Origin: Pocillopora damicornis
Taxonomy: Eukaryota
NCBI RefSeq assembly: GCF_003704095.1
Contig: NW_020844035.1
Span: 62,001 to 126,000 of the forward strand
Direction of reading: 5' to 3'
Length of the DNA: 64,000 nt
Positions 50,853 to 64,000 of the stretch are shown here, one piece after another. Every line of letters begins with the position of its first letter. Within the stretch, counting starts at the first letter, position 1. A program made the position numbers and the translations under genes. Under the pieces are notes generated by a model. The model saw nothing but the letters and a program-made list of their open reading frames with translations. It searched no databases and was not told the origin of the DNA.

Positions 50853-53800
50853 AGTTACTTTCTGCATTTTGTGTCATTTGACTGTTTCTGCCGTTTGCAA
50901 TTTTTTCAGGTTAACTGTCTCCCTGCTAGTTTGACTATTTAGCCACTTAAGCTATTTAAGCTGGTTATGCTTTTTGTCCAATAAAACCATAACTCTAAGC
51001 TAAGTTTGACCATCATAGCTACTTGACAGTTGAACCATGGAAGCTAGATTGTGCAGTTTGTACAGTTGATGCTATCAAGCTATTTATGCATTTTCTCCAG
51101 TTAACGCATTTAAGATAGTTTGACTATAGAACTACTTCCACCAACAATATTGATTGTGCAATTTGTATAGTTCAATTGAAATTAAGCCGGTTGAGCCATT
51201 TAAGCTACTTATGTGTTTTGTCTAGTTTAACCATTTCAGCTAGTTCTGAATTTTGTCCACTCGAATAATTTCAGCTTGATTGACCATTTGAACTGGTCTA
51301 ACCTGTTGACATAGATTCCGTAGACTGTGCAGTTACACCGTGTGCAATAGTTTGACTATTTTACTGTTTGAACTATTTAACCTAGTTATGCATTTTTTCC
51401 AGTTGAACCTTCTATGCTAGTTTGATCATTTGAACTACTGCAACCAACCGAGATAGAATTGTTAAGTCTGTGTACTTAGCTATCTTTGCTGGTTTAACTA
51501 TTTCATCACATAGTAAAACTTTCAAAAGAGCTAACCTGCACAAATTACACAATCTGTCTTAACTGGTTGAACTAGTCACATGCGCAAACTAGCTTGTATT
51601 GTTCAAGGGGACAAAATGCATAACTATGCACTATATACTTTACTCGAACAATTTAATCTTGATGACTATTTGAACCAGTCTAACCTGTTGTGTAAATTGT
51701 GCAGCTATACTTTTTCCATAGTTTGACTATTTCATTGTTTGAACTATTTCACCTAGTTATGCATTTTGTCCGGTTAAGCTCCTTAAACTGGTTCGATCAT
51801 TTAAACTACTTGTGTATTTAACTATCTTCGCTGGTTTTACTATTTAAGCAGTTAGTCGAACTATCCAAATCCCTTTTTACTGGTTAAAATGGTTCGAATG
51901 GTTAAACTACCTAAAATTGTTCAAAAGGACAAAATGCATAAACTACTTGGTTCACCCGGTTAAATAATCAAACTGACGAAAGCAGTGAAACTGCAGAAAT
52001 TGCACTATCTATATCGAATGGTTTAAGTCGTTAATATGGTCAAAGCAGCTGAAAATATTTAACTGGACAAAATGCACACCTAGCTTAAATGGTTTAACTG
52101 CACAACTTACCTTAGTTAGTTCAGATAGTGAAATAGTCAAAGAGACTAACTGGGTTGTAGAGCTCAATTAGTTTAATTGGTTTTAACAGTCAAACTAGTT
52201 TGAACATTTTAACTACTTCAAGCAATTCAGCTAGATTCTACAGTTTGTGCCATTTATTGCTTGACGTTAATTTGACCATTTAAAGAACTTCACCCAGTGA
52301 AGATAGATTGTACAATTTTTCTCAGTAGACCTTAGTTCGACTGTGAGACCGTATTTGAGCTAAATTGTTCAAATTGTGCAGTTGAATGGATTAGGCTGGT
52401 TATGCTCTTTGTTCAGTTGCAAACAGATGAACTGGACAAAGTGCATATCATATTTACATATTTTTATTTAAACCATTTAAGCTAGTTTGACTATGTGAAC
52501 CACATCCACCAATTAAGATAGATTTTTCAATTTGTGCAGTTTTGCTCAGGTCTCATTGGTTTAACTAGTTAAGATAATCAAACTAGCAAAAACATTTCAA
52601 CTTCACAAATAGCACAATGCATCTTTACTGGTTGAGTTAGTTTAAAATGGTCAAACTGTAATCGCTCGATTGACATTTAGCCAGTCAGACCATTAAGGCT
52701 ACTTATTGGTTTTGTTCAGTTTAATCAAATCACCTAGTTCTGAAATTTCTCTTGTTGACCCGTTTAAGTTAGATGAACTATCGAATTTTTTTAACCAATT
52801 AAGATAGATTGTGCAATTTGTTTGACTGCTTTTCCTAGTTTGCCTATTTGACCAGTGAAACCATTTCAGCTAGATTTTGCAGTTTGTGCAGTAACGCCGA
52901 TTTGTGCATATAACTGTCTTCGCCGGGTGGACTATTTACTTGGTTTTAACTAATTAAGCTACTTTGATCATTTAACTTCTCAAACAAATTTGGCTTCATT
53001 TTGCCGTTTGTGCACTTTAAGAATTGAAAGTAGTTCGACCATTGCACTATTTCAAGTAGTTTGACTGTCTTCCCTAGTTTGGCTTTTTAACCAGTTCAAC
53101 TATTTAAGCCAGTAATGCATTTTGTCCAGTTAAACCATTGAACCCAGTATAGCTATTCGAACAACTTTAACCAATTAAGACTGTGCAATTTGTGCAGTTT
53201 AACTGTCTCAGCTAGTTTGACTGTTTAACGAGTATACCCAATTAGGCTTGATCGTACAGTTGGTACAGTTGATCCTATCAAGTTAGTTATGCATTTTTTG
53301 TGGTTTAACCAATTAACGTATTTTGAGCATTTGAACTACATCGACCATTTGAGTTAGAGAGTGAAATTTGTGCACAGTTCAACTAGACTGACTCGTTATC
53401 TCTCGTTATCAAATGACACTCCTCTTAAAAAAGACCTTAAATCAGTGACTGTGTTCATAAAGATGGTAAAAGCAAATCAACATAATTCGATCTTCTTGAA
53501 ATCTTTAATGTCTCAGTACGTTTTTTAATTATGTCACACCACTATCAAGAATAATGCCAAGTAGGATGGGACTCGTTGTTACCTTTCCAGCTATAGTACC
53601 ACTTACTATTAAACAACACGATAACAGATTTAGTTTCTTGGACCCTAGGCTTTTCGTAACAATTGAAGCTGCTTATGATAGTATTTGTATGATGATGTAA
53701 TTTCATTTATTGGTTTTTGTCCAGTGAGTTATCTGTGATTGAAGTTTATAAAACGTGTCTTTTTGAAGCTCAGATATAATATTTTTATATTAGTCGGATA

Positions 53801-54551
53801 TTTTTTTCTTATCATCAATTGTGCATGAAGCTCAGCATTGAGAGTGTCATTCTCTACACCGAGTGATATGGAATGACCGGTAAATGTTACAAATATTCCA
53901 AAAAATGTAACATCTATCTATTGATTGTATATATTTTGTGTAATTACATTGTATCGCTTACTACTAGATCCAGTAGTATCATATGTTTGTAGTAGAAATG
54001 TGTTGCAGGCCCGTTGCAACCATATCTTTAATGAAATTCATATGTTCCAACCACATCAAACGTTAATTTTTCACTGTATAGTGTGAAATGTAAATCATTG
54101 GAAACTGCATATTTTGATCTTGACTATTAGAATTTGGTTTCATTTTTATTATCATGACCCATTTCATAATTACACAAGTATACAAGTACAAACCCAATGT
54201 TGCTGCTTGTTTAACACTATTAAATGTGATTTATATGCAGTGTCATTACTATTTGTTGGCGAAACTAAATTGATTTTTTTATTGGACATATTAAAATCAG
54301 CGCACATTGGTTTTGTTAAATCATTTTGCAATAAGTTGTTTGTTGGTGTGTCCACATATGATTTATTTAGAGCATCAATGGCATCAATTGGTGTGGCTGA
54401 ATGGAGTATTTTACCATTAGCCATAATGAGATCAGTAGTCATTGCAGTCTTTCCATCAGACCAAATATCTATTCAGAGTGCCATTAGTTATTTCTAACTT
54501 CTTATCCCACACACTAAGTAGAACATTGTTAAGGTGTCCCTAGATGCCATA
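50853..54551 (-). repeat. Inverted copy of 35345-39965 (fibre-like remnant + S1 array)
   Basis: Colinear reverse-complement matches. Includes ORF 54170-54442 MTTDLIMANGKILHSATPIDAIDALNKSYVD. Confidence 0.9.
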
Positions 54552-56430
54552 GCATAGCATAACTTGGAATCAGTAGATGATTTGCCAGCAAGCATGCTCA
54601 CCAGGCTCCACCAACTTCTAGGGTCTGAGGTTTTGAGACTCATCACCTTGCAGCGAAGAATTCCCTCTTGCGCTTACAGATTGCTATGCGTACTTTATTC
54701 CTAAGGAGTCGCCATCTATTGTTAGACCCAGAATGATATGCGCGCTGCTGCTCCAGGATTAATGATTTAATTTCGGCAGACATCCAGGGTTTGTCAGTCG
54801 GATGTAGTTTGACACTCTCTGCCAAGAAATAGATTTTGATTGCGTTGCAGAGGTCGTCAGAAAACGACGATGTCAGACTGTCCACCGATAAGGAATCAGC
54901 TGCGCACGTGTGCAAACCAGCTATGCACACTAACCCATCTCCCAAAGGCGTTCAGTACCGACACTGGAAAGCGATGCATTTTAACTACCTTTTTCTTAGC
55001 CATCAGATTGTTGGAGCCATGGTTGGAATTGGGTACCCAGTAAACCGAACGGTGGTCAGAAGACCCTAAGTGCACACTTACAACAGGCTTGTTATAATAA
55101 GAAGCTAGGTTTGATATCACTAGGTCTAAAATATTATTACCCCTAGTAGGCTCGCGGAAAAGCTGTTTTAGGGTCTGTTTTGCTAAAATGTTCATGACGT
55201 TCAGGGTGTTAAAATCACCTAAAAGTAGTACCCCGCAGTCAGGGTGAGCGGACGTAACAGAGTCAATACACTCGATGATACAATTAGCACAAGTCCGTTG
55301 TAAGTCAGGGGGTGCTTCAGGGAAGTACATAGCACCAATGATGATGCCAGAGAGTGGACAAGGCTGGCACAGAGGACGAAGCCACAGCCACATGCATTCA
55401 TGATCTGGTGACTCCAGATCAGACCTCCTTTTGAAGGGGATGCTGGATGAAACAAAAGTGCAAATGCCGCCTCCATGAGTCGAACGGGATGGTGAGAACA
55501 CTGTCGTCAATCCTATCATTAAACCATGACTCAGTGATGACTGCAATATCCATACCAGTAGATAGTTGCTAGGCAGTAAGCTCGTCAACTTCTTTTTAAG
55601 AGACATGCATTGGCCAGGTTAAAACTGAGTAAGTTACAACCTTTTTTCTTGACATGGCGAGAAAGTGGAATAGACCTGAGATGACATCGCTTGGACCGAT
55701 CTTCCCCACGTCTAATAAAAGAAGCACTAGGTCTCACTGCGCTATTGCGAGACAGGAGGGTTACAATGCTTTGTCTACTGTGATGGGTCTCAGGGGAGCA
55801 CAGGAATCTAGTCTGGTTATTAGCATAATCAGCCATGGGCGACAAGTTAATACAATTTGCCAAGTTTGCATGATTGAGCTGACGAGGCAAACAACGCAGA
55901 CAGGATTCAGTTACATGTACTTGGATCCTAGATGGAGTAACAATATGATTAGTGGAACCATGAAGAATGCCTGCCTGTTGAATACATGCCAATGCCAGGT
56001 CGCTGATTACATGGGCATCATGTTGAAAGTTAAATGATAGAAGTTGTCTTGCCGAGTACGTTATTCGGGCAGGCATGGGCTTATCCGAGTTCACGTTGGT
56101 CCCAATACTAAGCCTTTCAGGGTTGTTAGGGCCAGGATGGGGATGAATATTGCCACAGAGTAAGATGGATTCGGTGCAGGCGAGGCATGAGACGTAAGCT
56201 GACTCAGTGAGGCGGATCATTGTTGATCCAAGTTTGGTCCATTTAACTGCAGGATTTTTGACCCGATGATGACAGGATACCTTGATTGAGAATATCCTGT
56301 ATGAAAGAACAGCAGTCCAAAGCGAAGGTTTGACTATGCTGTAGCCGCTATCAGAGTTCGGTAAATGAAACCTTGAGGTGACCAAAGCGATGTACAGTGA
56401 GAGCCCAATGACAACGTGTCTGTCCGCCAT
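54552..56430 (-). mobile_element. CR1/L2-type LINE ORF with 2A-like motif and APE endonuclease, 3'-truncated
   Basis: ILLCGNIHPHPGP; LANA; ITESW; HGGGICTFV; ECMWLWLRP; LLGDFN; PTRGNNILDLVISN; LGSSDH; DKPWMS. Confidence 0.85.
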
Positions 56431-57387
56431 TACGTCCCAGTCCCACAAGTCTGTCTGTACGATAGCGCAATTTCTCTGATTTCAGTCGGATAACACCGGA
56501 AGTACGACAGCTACTTCTGTGGTTAGCGAGCGAGTCAAAAATGCCAACTGTTTTGACCCAAAAAAATGGAGTTGTGGCAGGAAATTCACTCAAAGTTTCC
56601 ACTGAGTCCTTGATAGTAGCAAGCAGTACATCTTCCGCACAATAGGAGGAGTTGAAAGATCGCATTAAAAATGAAAAACAAAACGGAACAACGCTAATTA
56701 AAATAAGACGAACCGAACTACTTTCAACGTCTAAAATGATGCCGTTCATATAACCTTTCGGATAGATGAGCGTTCTACCACCGAAAAACCCTTGCTCTGC
56801 AGGCTATCATCTCAGCATACTCCCTCATTCAAGTATCATCTATGATCTATAAAAAAGCTTGCTTTCTCTTCCAATTAACCTCGTGAATTTCCAAATACTC
56901 TATTCCTTGGCCACACTTAACAAAAAACGCTGTCAAGGTAATCAAAAGTACACGCCCAAATTTAGGAGCCAGTTGATAGTAATATATTCTCACCAGGGCT
57001 ACCCACAAACAAAGCCTCAAGGATGTTATAAGATATGGGAAAGGCCAGCCCGAGGCAGAAGTGAGTAGGTAGCTACCTGGAGCGTAGGCGCTATCATCGC
57101 TGCGGGGAGGAGGGAGGGGCGCACTTAGCTAAACCTCCTCAAACGCCGTGGAGAGGACTTTTGAGGTTATAAAGGACTGACCGCACCGGAATAAGATTAT
57201 ATAGCCAAAAAACGTGTAAAAGATTGCATAACCATTCTCATGCTAAAATTCCAGGGGTTTGGAGTCACGTAACATGCTTAAATTCACCATTGTTCAAAGG
57301 GATCCCTGGTGAGAATATTAAATCAAACGTCCCCGTCTCCTCATAAATCTCCTCGATCAATCTGAAGTAGACACATAGGCCTCAGCC

Positions 57388-60300
57388 ATGCTGCAAAGGT
57401 GGCAAGATAATTTAAATAGAAACACATCTGTCGCAAGAACGTTTGTTCACTTGTGGCAAGAAGATGCCTCGATGAAAGCAATTCCTCGAAGATCGCGTAT
57501 GGAAACCCTGATACAGGAAAGTAGAGTAAGGAACATTCAATTCTCTACCAGACACACCTCTGGTCAAATTGCAAGTCTACTGGCGACGAATATTCCAACT
57601 TTGGTCGGAGTAAACCCCACAAGGTATTTTCTTTAAGAGCGTTTTCAATGTGTACGCTTCATATACAGTAACATTTTGATCAATACATTGAAATTGTCAC
57701 AAGTTTTGTCTTGTCATTTTCTGTCTCTGGATATGACAAGTTTGCAAAATTGCCAGATATCTTTCAAAGGGGCTGGATAAAGGCAGGCATATTGGGTGCA
57801 TTTAATTACTCGCCATGAACGTGCCGTGCTACAAAGCAGCAGCACGACTTGGTTTCAAACGAAGAGAAACAAAAGCTGATTCCTCAGAAAAAAAAGTTAT
57901 CAAACAATTTTTTTAGCTTTCTTTAAATGTTCGCTACCAATGTCTGCCTCGAAAAATAGAATGATAGGAAAGATAGGTAAGAGATAGGGCAAATCTTACC
58001 CCACCTATACCTAAATTGGCACTAGTCCATCGGTTCACGGTGCATTTTGCGGTAGCTGAAAAAAAGGGTTTTTATAGTAACATTTGAGAGCAAAAAACTT
58101 GATAGGTATAGAAGGTCTCGAGAGTATGGAACAATTTGAAATAAAAATTGTGGAAAAATTATGCAATTTTAAATGAAATGGACTCGAAACATTCCTCGAT
58201 TTTTATGTTAATACCTAGCTAAATTTGAATGTAAAAGTAATATTTTAATATATTAACTAGTTAATCAATTAATTAGTAAAGTACTGTTAAACGATGTTGA
58301 CAACAATGCACTTACGTTATAAATCACCCGGCAAACTTTGTGGTAGTGGATATTTATGGCGTCGGACGGAAACTTTGGAAGCAGAAGAAGGAGAAACAAA
58401 TCAGTATTTCAGAGAGTGCTCAAAGACTTCAAAATAAGACGCTGAGCCTAAAGCTTCGAAAACGTTTTCAGAATGATCTCTTTAATTTTTATTCAAAACC
58501 AGAACTAACCTGCATGTGTCTTTTACTAATGTTCACAGCATTTCTTTAGCGATGATCTACAGAATATTAACCAAACCCAGTGCCTTTTATGTTTTTGATT
58601 CTTGGATGTTATTGACTGAGAGATGTAATAATATCGATTGCTTTGCAGCATGACAATACTAAAATCTACTAACCGGGGTTCACAGATGGTGAGAGTTTTC
58701 AATGGCCTCACAAATGGATACAATATTCAAGATGCATTCAGACAGAGGACAAAGTAGTATTCATTGACTCTAGAGGTTAGTTGTTACAAGTATCTAAAAA
58801 AGCAAGATGGCATTTGTACAGCTTGCGCTGAGCTTATAATTATCACCCACATTGAATTAATCTGCGATAATTTATTGGAGGAAAAACCTCATTTTAGATT
58901 GAAATTCTTAGACTAGCTTGTTTACTTTGCAATACCAATTTTTTTAACATCATAATTGCACAAATTGTTGTTCTATTGATAGCATTGTTTCTGCAGTAAC
59001 ATCTGCAGTGACAACTGCATTGACATCAGCCGTAACATCAACAGCAATATCACCAGAAACATCAACAGTAACATCAACAGTTACCTTGGCAACAGTGACA
59101 CCTGCTGTTGCACCATCAGTATCTGTAGCTGGTCCTTTGCCATTAGGAAGAGATGCTAGAGGTAGAAATTATTTTATTTTGGCAACAATTTTCACTACAT
59201 GTGAAAGAAGAGAGTGCCATTTACTTTACATTGTAAATCACTCTAAGACTAAGTTGCTTAGCTGGTCATATATTGCCTGTCACTCAAGCAAGGGATAGCC
59301 CATCTCAGAAACGGTTGAAGATATGATTTGTTCACCTGCAGTGTATCTGATTTTTTAATCTTAAGTTATGTTTAAAACGAAAAGTTTTCTTCTGAGACCA
59401 TTCTGATGTCAGATTGGAAAAGTCTCTCATTCATGATATTTCTTCCTTTGAGTAACAAGTAACCTGAGTCGTTCATTGTGGGCCACACTTTTCAAACTTC
59501 CTCTTTCGATCCAGGAATAATAAAGCACGAGCAAAAAACATTTTTTTGTGGTCTTTTCCAAACCCTCCCATTCCCTTCACTTATATATGGGTATTTTGTA
59601 AAAAAACTGTTAAGACTGATCCAACAGAGTTGCAACTGGATGTACTGTACTTAAAAAAATGTGCTACAAATTAGATTATGTTAATAAATGCATGCAGGTA
59701 CTTCAGCTATTACATTTCGGTGCTAAACTATTTTATGATAGGCTAAGATGAAAAAAGTAGGTTTTCAATTATATACCAAGTCTTTCGTATTTTATTTTAT
59801 TTTTATTATTTGACGTTTATTTCATTTTTATGGCCCCCTGTTGAAAACCATTTTTTAAAATCGGCCATCTGTTTAAAGAATTATAAAATTTGTATTTTTA
59901 TCATTATTAATATTATGATTATTAAATGCATTATGCTGTTGTCTATATTAATGTGTACAGGATAGGGTGTGGGTCTCAGCCATGAAAGCGATTCCCAAGA
60001 TCTGCAAATAGTGTCTGTTAGATATCATAACCAACTGCCTGGTATGAAAAGTGCGCAAATGTCCTTTTTATTTACACTGTGCATTGTGAAGCATTTATTT
60101 AGAAGTACATAGGTGCTTACATGGAAGGTACCGCTTTACGCCTGCTCTATATGCTCTTGATATAGCTTTTGTCTCAGTTGTAAAGGCTTTTTTTGTTTCA
60201 GCACACCTGAATCTTTTGACAATGAATGCTGTCTTTCTTCTTAAGCTTGTTCTATCAGGGCTGTGGGCTTAGAAGGTTTGAATTTACTAAGAATCAATTA

Positions 60301-61787
60301 TGCATCTGAAGTTAGAAATCGGTTTAATTATCATTATACCTTTACAGATATAATCTCAGCCAAAGGCACAACTCCGGAAATAAGTGAGAACATCCAGTTT
60401 GGTATGGATACAAATGCACCTGATGGAGAATATTTCCCTTTATTGACACAATATACCGTACTTTCCCTTATTTAAGTCACTTTAAGTTTTGGAACTTTCA
60501 GTAACAAAATTGAAGGGTCTGTTTGGCAAGGTAGAATCTTAGCAACTTCCTATTTTAATTGGTCTCTCCCAGAAAATCTTTATCACTAAATTTTAAAAGT
60601 TATATTCAGAAAGAGAGAAAGGCTACAACCATAACCATTTACATTTGACCAGGCAAGTTTTCTAGGCAGTCCTTAAATTTCAATTAGAAATTTATGAAAG
60701 TGTTGATCTGTGCATGGTTGTATTTATCTTGCAGCATTCCTTTTAACCACCTTTCTTTGATTTGATTGGGCTGTTGTACAGAGCCACCAAGACCTGACAC
60801 CAATTGCGGTGGTCTTGTTTGAGGAGAGTGATGAGAATGTCAATGTCATCAGGTGGGCTAAAAAATATCAAACAAAGTAAAATTGTTATTAAAAGTGCCC
60901 TAAACAGAACATGCCAGAAGTACAGAAGTGAACCTAGTTATTTTTAGCTTAAATTATCAGAAAAATACTCCACCTCCTGTTAAAATTTCTATTCACAGAT
61001 CAATGATGTAGATGTTTCTTTTTTTTTCCTGTTAAAAACGTAAATTTTAGTGATGGCTGGGCCCTTGACTGTCTAGTAATTTTCCAAATATTAATATGTA
61101 CATCTCTAGTCTCGTATTGTCTCTTAGTACGGATTGAAGGATGTTCCTTTTATTCCAAAGGATACTTAACGAGGATACACAACTAACAAATATGTTAGAC
61201 AGCTGTTTGGTCTTTTTGGCACACAACAGATCACCTTGTGTGTCACATATACTCAAACGTGTTGGTAAAGATCCACGTCCCCCGAGTGGTGCCCATGTCT
61301 TGATTCTGACACAAGTTGGTGTTACCAAAGACCAGGTCAGTGCTGCGTGGTTGTCAGGTATATGATGTTGTTGGTGCATGCCCCCATGTTTCGTTAGAGG
61401 AAAGTGATCAGCCTTGATACATTAATAGTCTAATTTTCTTATCACTAGGTGATAAATTGAAAGCAGAGGAGGTAATCAGAAACACCACAGTGAACCTCCA
61501 CCATGTAAAGGCCATCTCTCTACAAAGGTATACCAACAGTAAACTTCATATATTTTATACTTTCTTCTGTTTAACTTGTTAACAAAGGAAAACAACAGGT
61601 CAAGCCTTTTCTTTGCAGTAAAGTAAATGGAGGCTGTTTCTTACATAATCCTAAATATGCAGGTTCTCTCATTATGGTATTTGACAGTTACAGCAATGGG
61701 TAGGGCATGCTGCGGCAGCAGTAGCAACAGGAGTAGAAGCAGATGGATGCGCTTTTTCCGACTGCAATCGTTCTTTTCCGCAGGTAC
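57388..61787 (+). pseudogene. Possible decayed multi-exon gene, identity unresolved
   Basis: Exon-like blocks with AG/GT borders at about 57388-57623, 58983-59161 (Ser/Thr-rich), 60782-60852, 61450-61528 and 61689-61782. Confidence 0.3.
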
Positions 61788-62374
61788 TTAATTAAGACTA
61801 ATTTATTGTCAGAGTATAACGTATTTTGCATGTAAGCGTAAACTGCTGTATCTGGGTAAGATTTAAGCTTAAGGCGAGTTATGTATCGAAGAAGTTTCTT
61901 TTTTTTATTTTTTATTTTTATTTTATTCGTGACATTACACTAAACGAAGTTTTGGATAAAACAGGACCAGACGAAGGCTAAATTGGAGTATTCCTACCAA
62001 AGTCAAATTGAGGTGGCTGCTTCAAGTTTCCAGCATTTGGGAAGTTCAAAAAAATTTCAAGAAAATTAATTAAGCGAGCTACTTGTAACAATCTGATGCT
62101 CACTGAACAATACTTTCTTCTAGAGACAAGAACACCAGATCTCCGTGAAGTTGGTCAAACCCTCCGGAAACATCATTGTTTTGACGGTAGACAATTCAAG
62201 ATGCGTTGGGGTGAGCCAACTAATAGTAATAATCTCTACCACCTTCTACTAAGTAATTTGGTACAGCCCTGCATCTTGCAGAAGTTGTGATGAAGATTTG
62301 TTGTGAGCTCGAATCTGTAATTTTCGTCGATCCTACTCTGATGCCTATTGATTGCTTTATTACATGAATTTCCT

Positions 62375-62658
62375 CGCATCATAAACGATCTAATCAACAA
62401 TTTTGGAAAAGCTGAAATCGAGCACGTTGTTAGCACACGATGTTACGAAGATCGTTGGCATCGAGCTCATTGCACGTTGAAATCGAATAAACGAGGACGT
62501 TCTTTTTAACGTCTTTGTTATACTCGATCTTGTGTAAAACGAGCACGTTGTTTTTAATGTCCTCGTTATACTCGATCTCGTGTGTAACGCGCTCCTTCTT
62601 TTCAACGTCCTCGTTGTACTCGATTTCGTGTGCCGTGACCAGATGGCAGCATTGATCC
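62375..62658 (+). mobile_element. Third Merlin-type terminal segment with different flanks
   Basis: Three subterminal repeats plus AGATGGCAGCATTGATCC, followed by unrelated sequence. Confidence 0.6.
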
Positions 62659-62741
62659 CTAAATCCATCATCATCTAACAGAGTGTTACCTTATGGTACT
62701 TGTGTATATGAACCAATGATCTAGTATGATCTCCAGATTTA

Positions 62742-64000
62742 TTAGGGGTGATTAGCTGAAAACAGGCAGGAAACGTCTTTTGGCTGTGATAAAGCTAAAA
62801 GCTGCTCAATTCAGCGGCGAACGAGCGGGAAAATGTTTCCGGTGAGACGTAATTTGGCTTCATTTGGCTGCATAGAAGCTTATAACTTAGTCTTCAGTGA
62901 GATAAAACTAAAAACAGTCTAAATTTAGCCACAAACAAACAGAAACATCTTTTCGGTGTCATATAGCTAAAAACAGCCTAGTTTTGGAACAAAAAATGGG
63001 AAAACGTTGCTTTTCGTGAGATCAAGCCCAGAAGAGCCCAATTTAGCTGCAAACAAACCGACATGTTTTAAATGCGAAAAGCTGAGAAAAGCGTAATTTG
63101 GCCAAAAAATATCGCCAAAATGTTGTATCAAGTGAGATAAAGCGAAAATCAGCGTGACTAGCTGCAAACAAGCAAAAACACCTCTTTAATGCGACGCAAC
63201 TAAGGAGAGTGCAATTAAGCTGGTTATCCTTTTTGTCCGATTAGACCCCAACCCTACGCTAAGTTTGACCAGCTTAGGTACTTGTCAGTTGAACCATTGA
63301 AGCTAGATTGTGCTGTTTGTGCACTTGAGCCGATTCAGATAGGTATGCTTTTTGTTGAGTTGAGCCATATCAGGTAGTTTGACCATTTGGACTATTTCAA
63401 CCAATTAATATTATTAAGATTTTGCACTCTATACAGTTAAACTTTCTTTGCTGGTTTGACTATTTAACCAGTCGAATCAAATAAAAAAGTTTGGCCATTT
63501 TAACTACTTCAGGCAATTCAGCTAGATTCTGCAGTCTGTGCCTCTTACTCCTTGAAGTTAATTTGACCATTTCAAGTACTTCAACCAGTTGAGATAGATT
63601 GTATAATTTTTCTCAGTTGACCTTAGTTTGACTGTTAAACCAGTTGAATTATTTGAGCTAAATTGTTCAAATTGTGCAGTTAAATGGATTACACTAGTTA
63701 TGCACTTTGTTCAGTTGAAGTATTTAAGCTGGTTTAACCATGTGAACTACTTCGACCAATTAAGCCAGAATGTGCAGTTTGTGCAGTTGTACCTATCAAG
63801 CTACTTATCCACTTTCTCCAGTCATAACAGTTAAGATTGTTTGACCATGTGAACCACTTCCAACAATAATATAGATTGTGTAATTTGTATAGTTTAACTG
63901 TTACCACTTGATTGATATTTAGACGGTTGAGCCATTTAAGCTACTTATGCATTTTGTTGAGTTTAACCATTCAACTAGTTTTGAATTTTTGTCCATTCCA
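62742..64000. repeat. Further S2 then S1 repeat arrays
   Basis: Aligns with 29170-29380, 29860-29980 and 15120-15730. Confidence 0.75.

Overview
AT-rich eukaryotic DNA from a gapped scaffold. It has spliceosomal GT-AG introns, microsatellites and many N-gaps. The repeat repertoire suggests a marine invertebrate such as a cnidarian or coral (inference). The window is a transposable-element graveyard, and I see no clearly intact host gene. Its backbone is a composite unit of more than 10 kb present in about three diverged copies: + 7.8-21.7 kb; - 23.6-30.1 kb, apparently continuing at 50.9-54.6 kb; and + 30.4-42.9 kb. The unit contains a LINE RT scrap, a two-intron Merlin (IS1595/ISXO2-like) transposase pseudogene with its terminal repeat, a fibre-like repeat gene remnant, two diverged fold-back repeat families and a pogo-type transposon fragment. 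It also holds Polinton/Maverick remnants: protein-primed PolB halves, a divergently oriented spliced RING-finger gene that the ORF track misses, and an array of seven ATG+splice-donor motifs upstream of PolB. Other items are a RING/TRAF-type zinc-finger pseudogene, an RLE-type LINE 3' end, a pair of inverted minimal hammerhead-like motifs, two young LINE ORF1 copies, a CR1/L2-type APE ORF with a 2A-like motif, and hairpin MITEs. Several gap-flanking overlaps point to haplotig or scaffolding artefacts. All family assignments come from motif recognition by eye, not from database searches.
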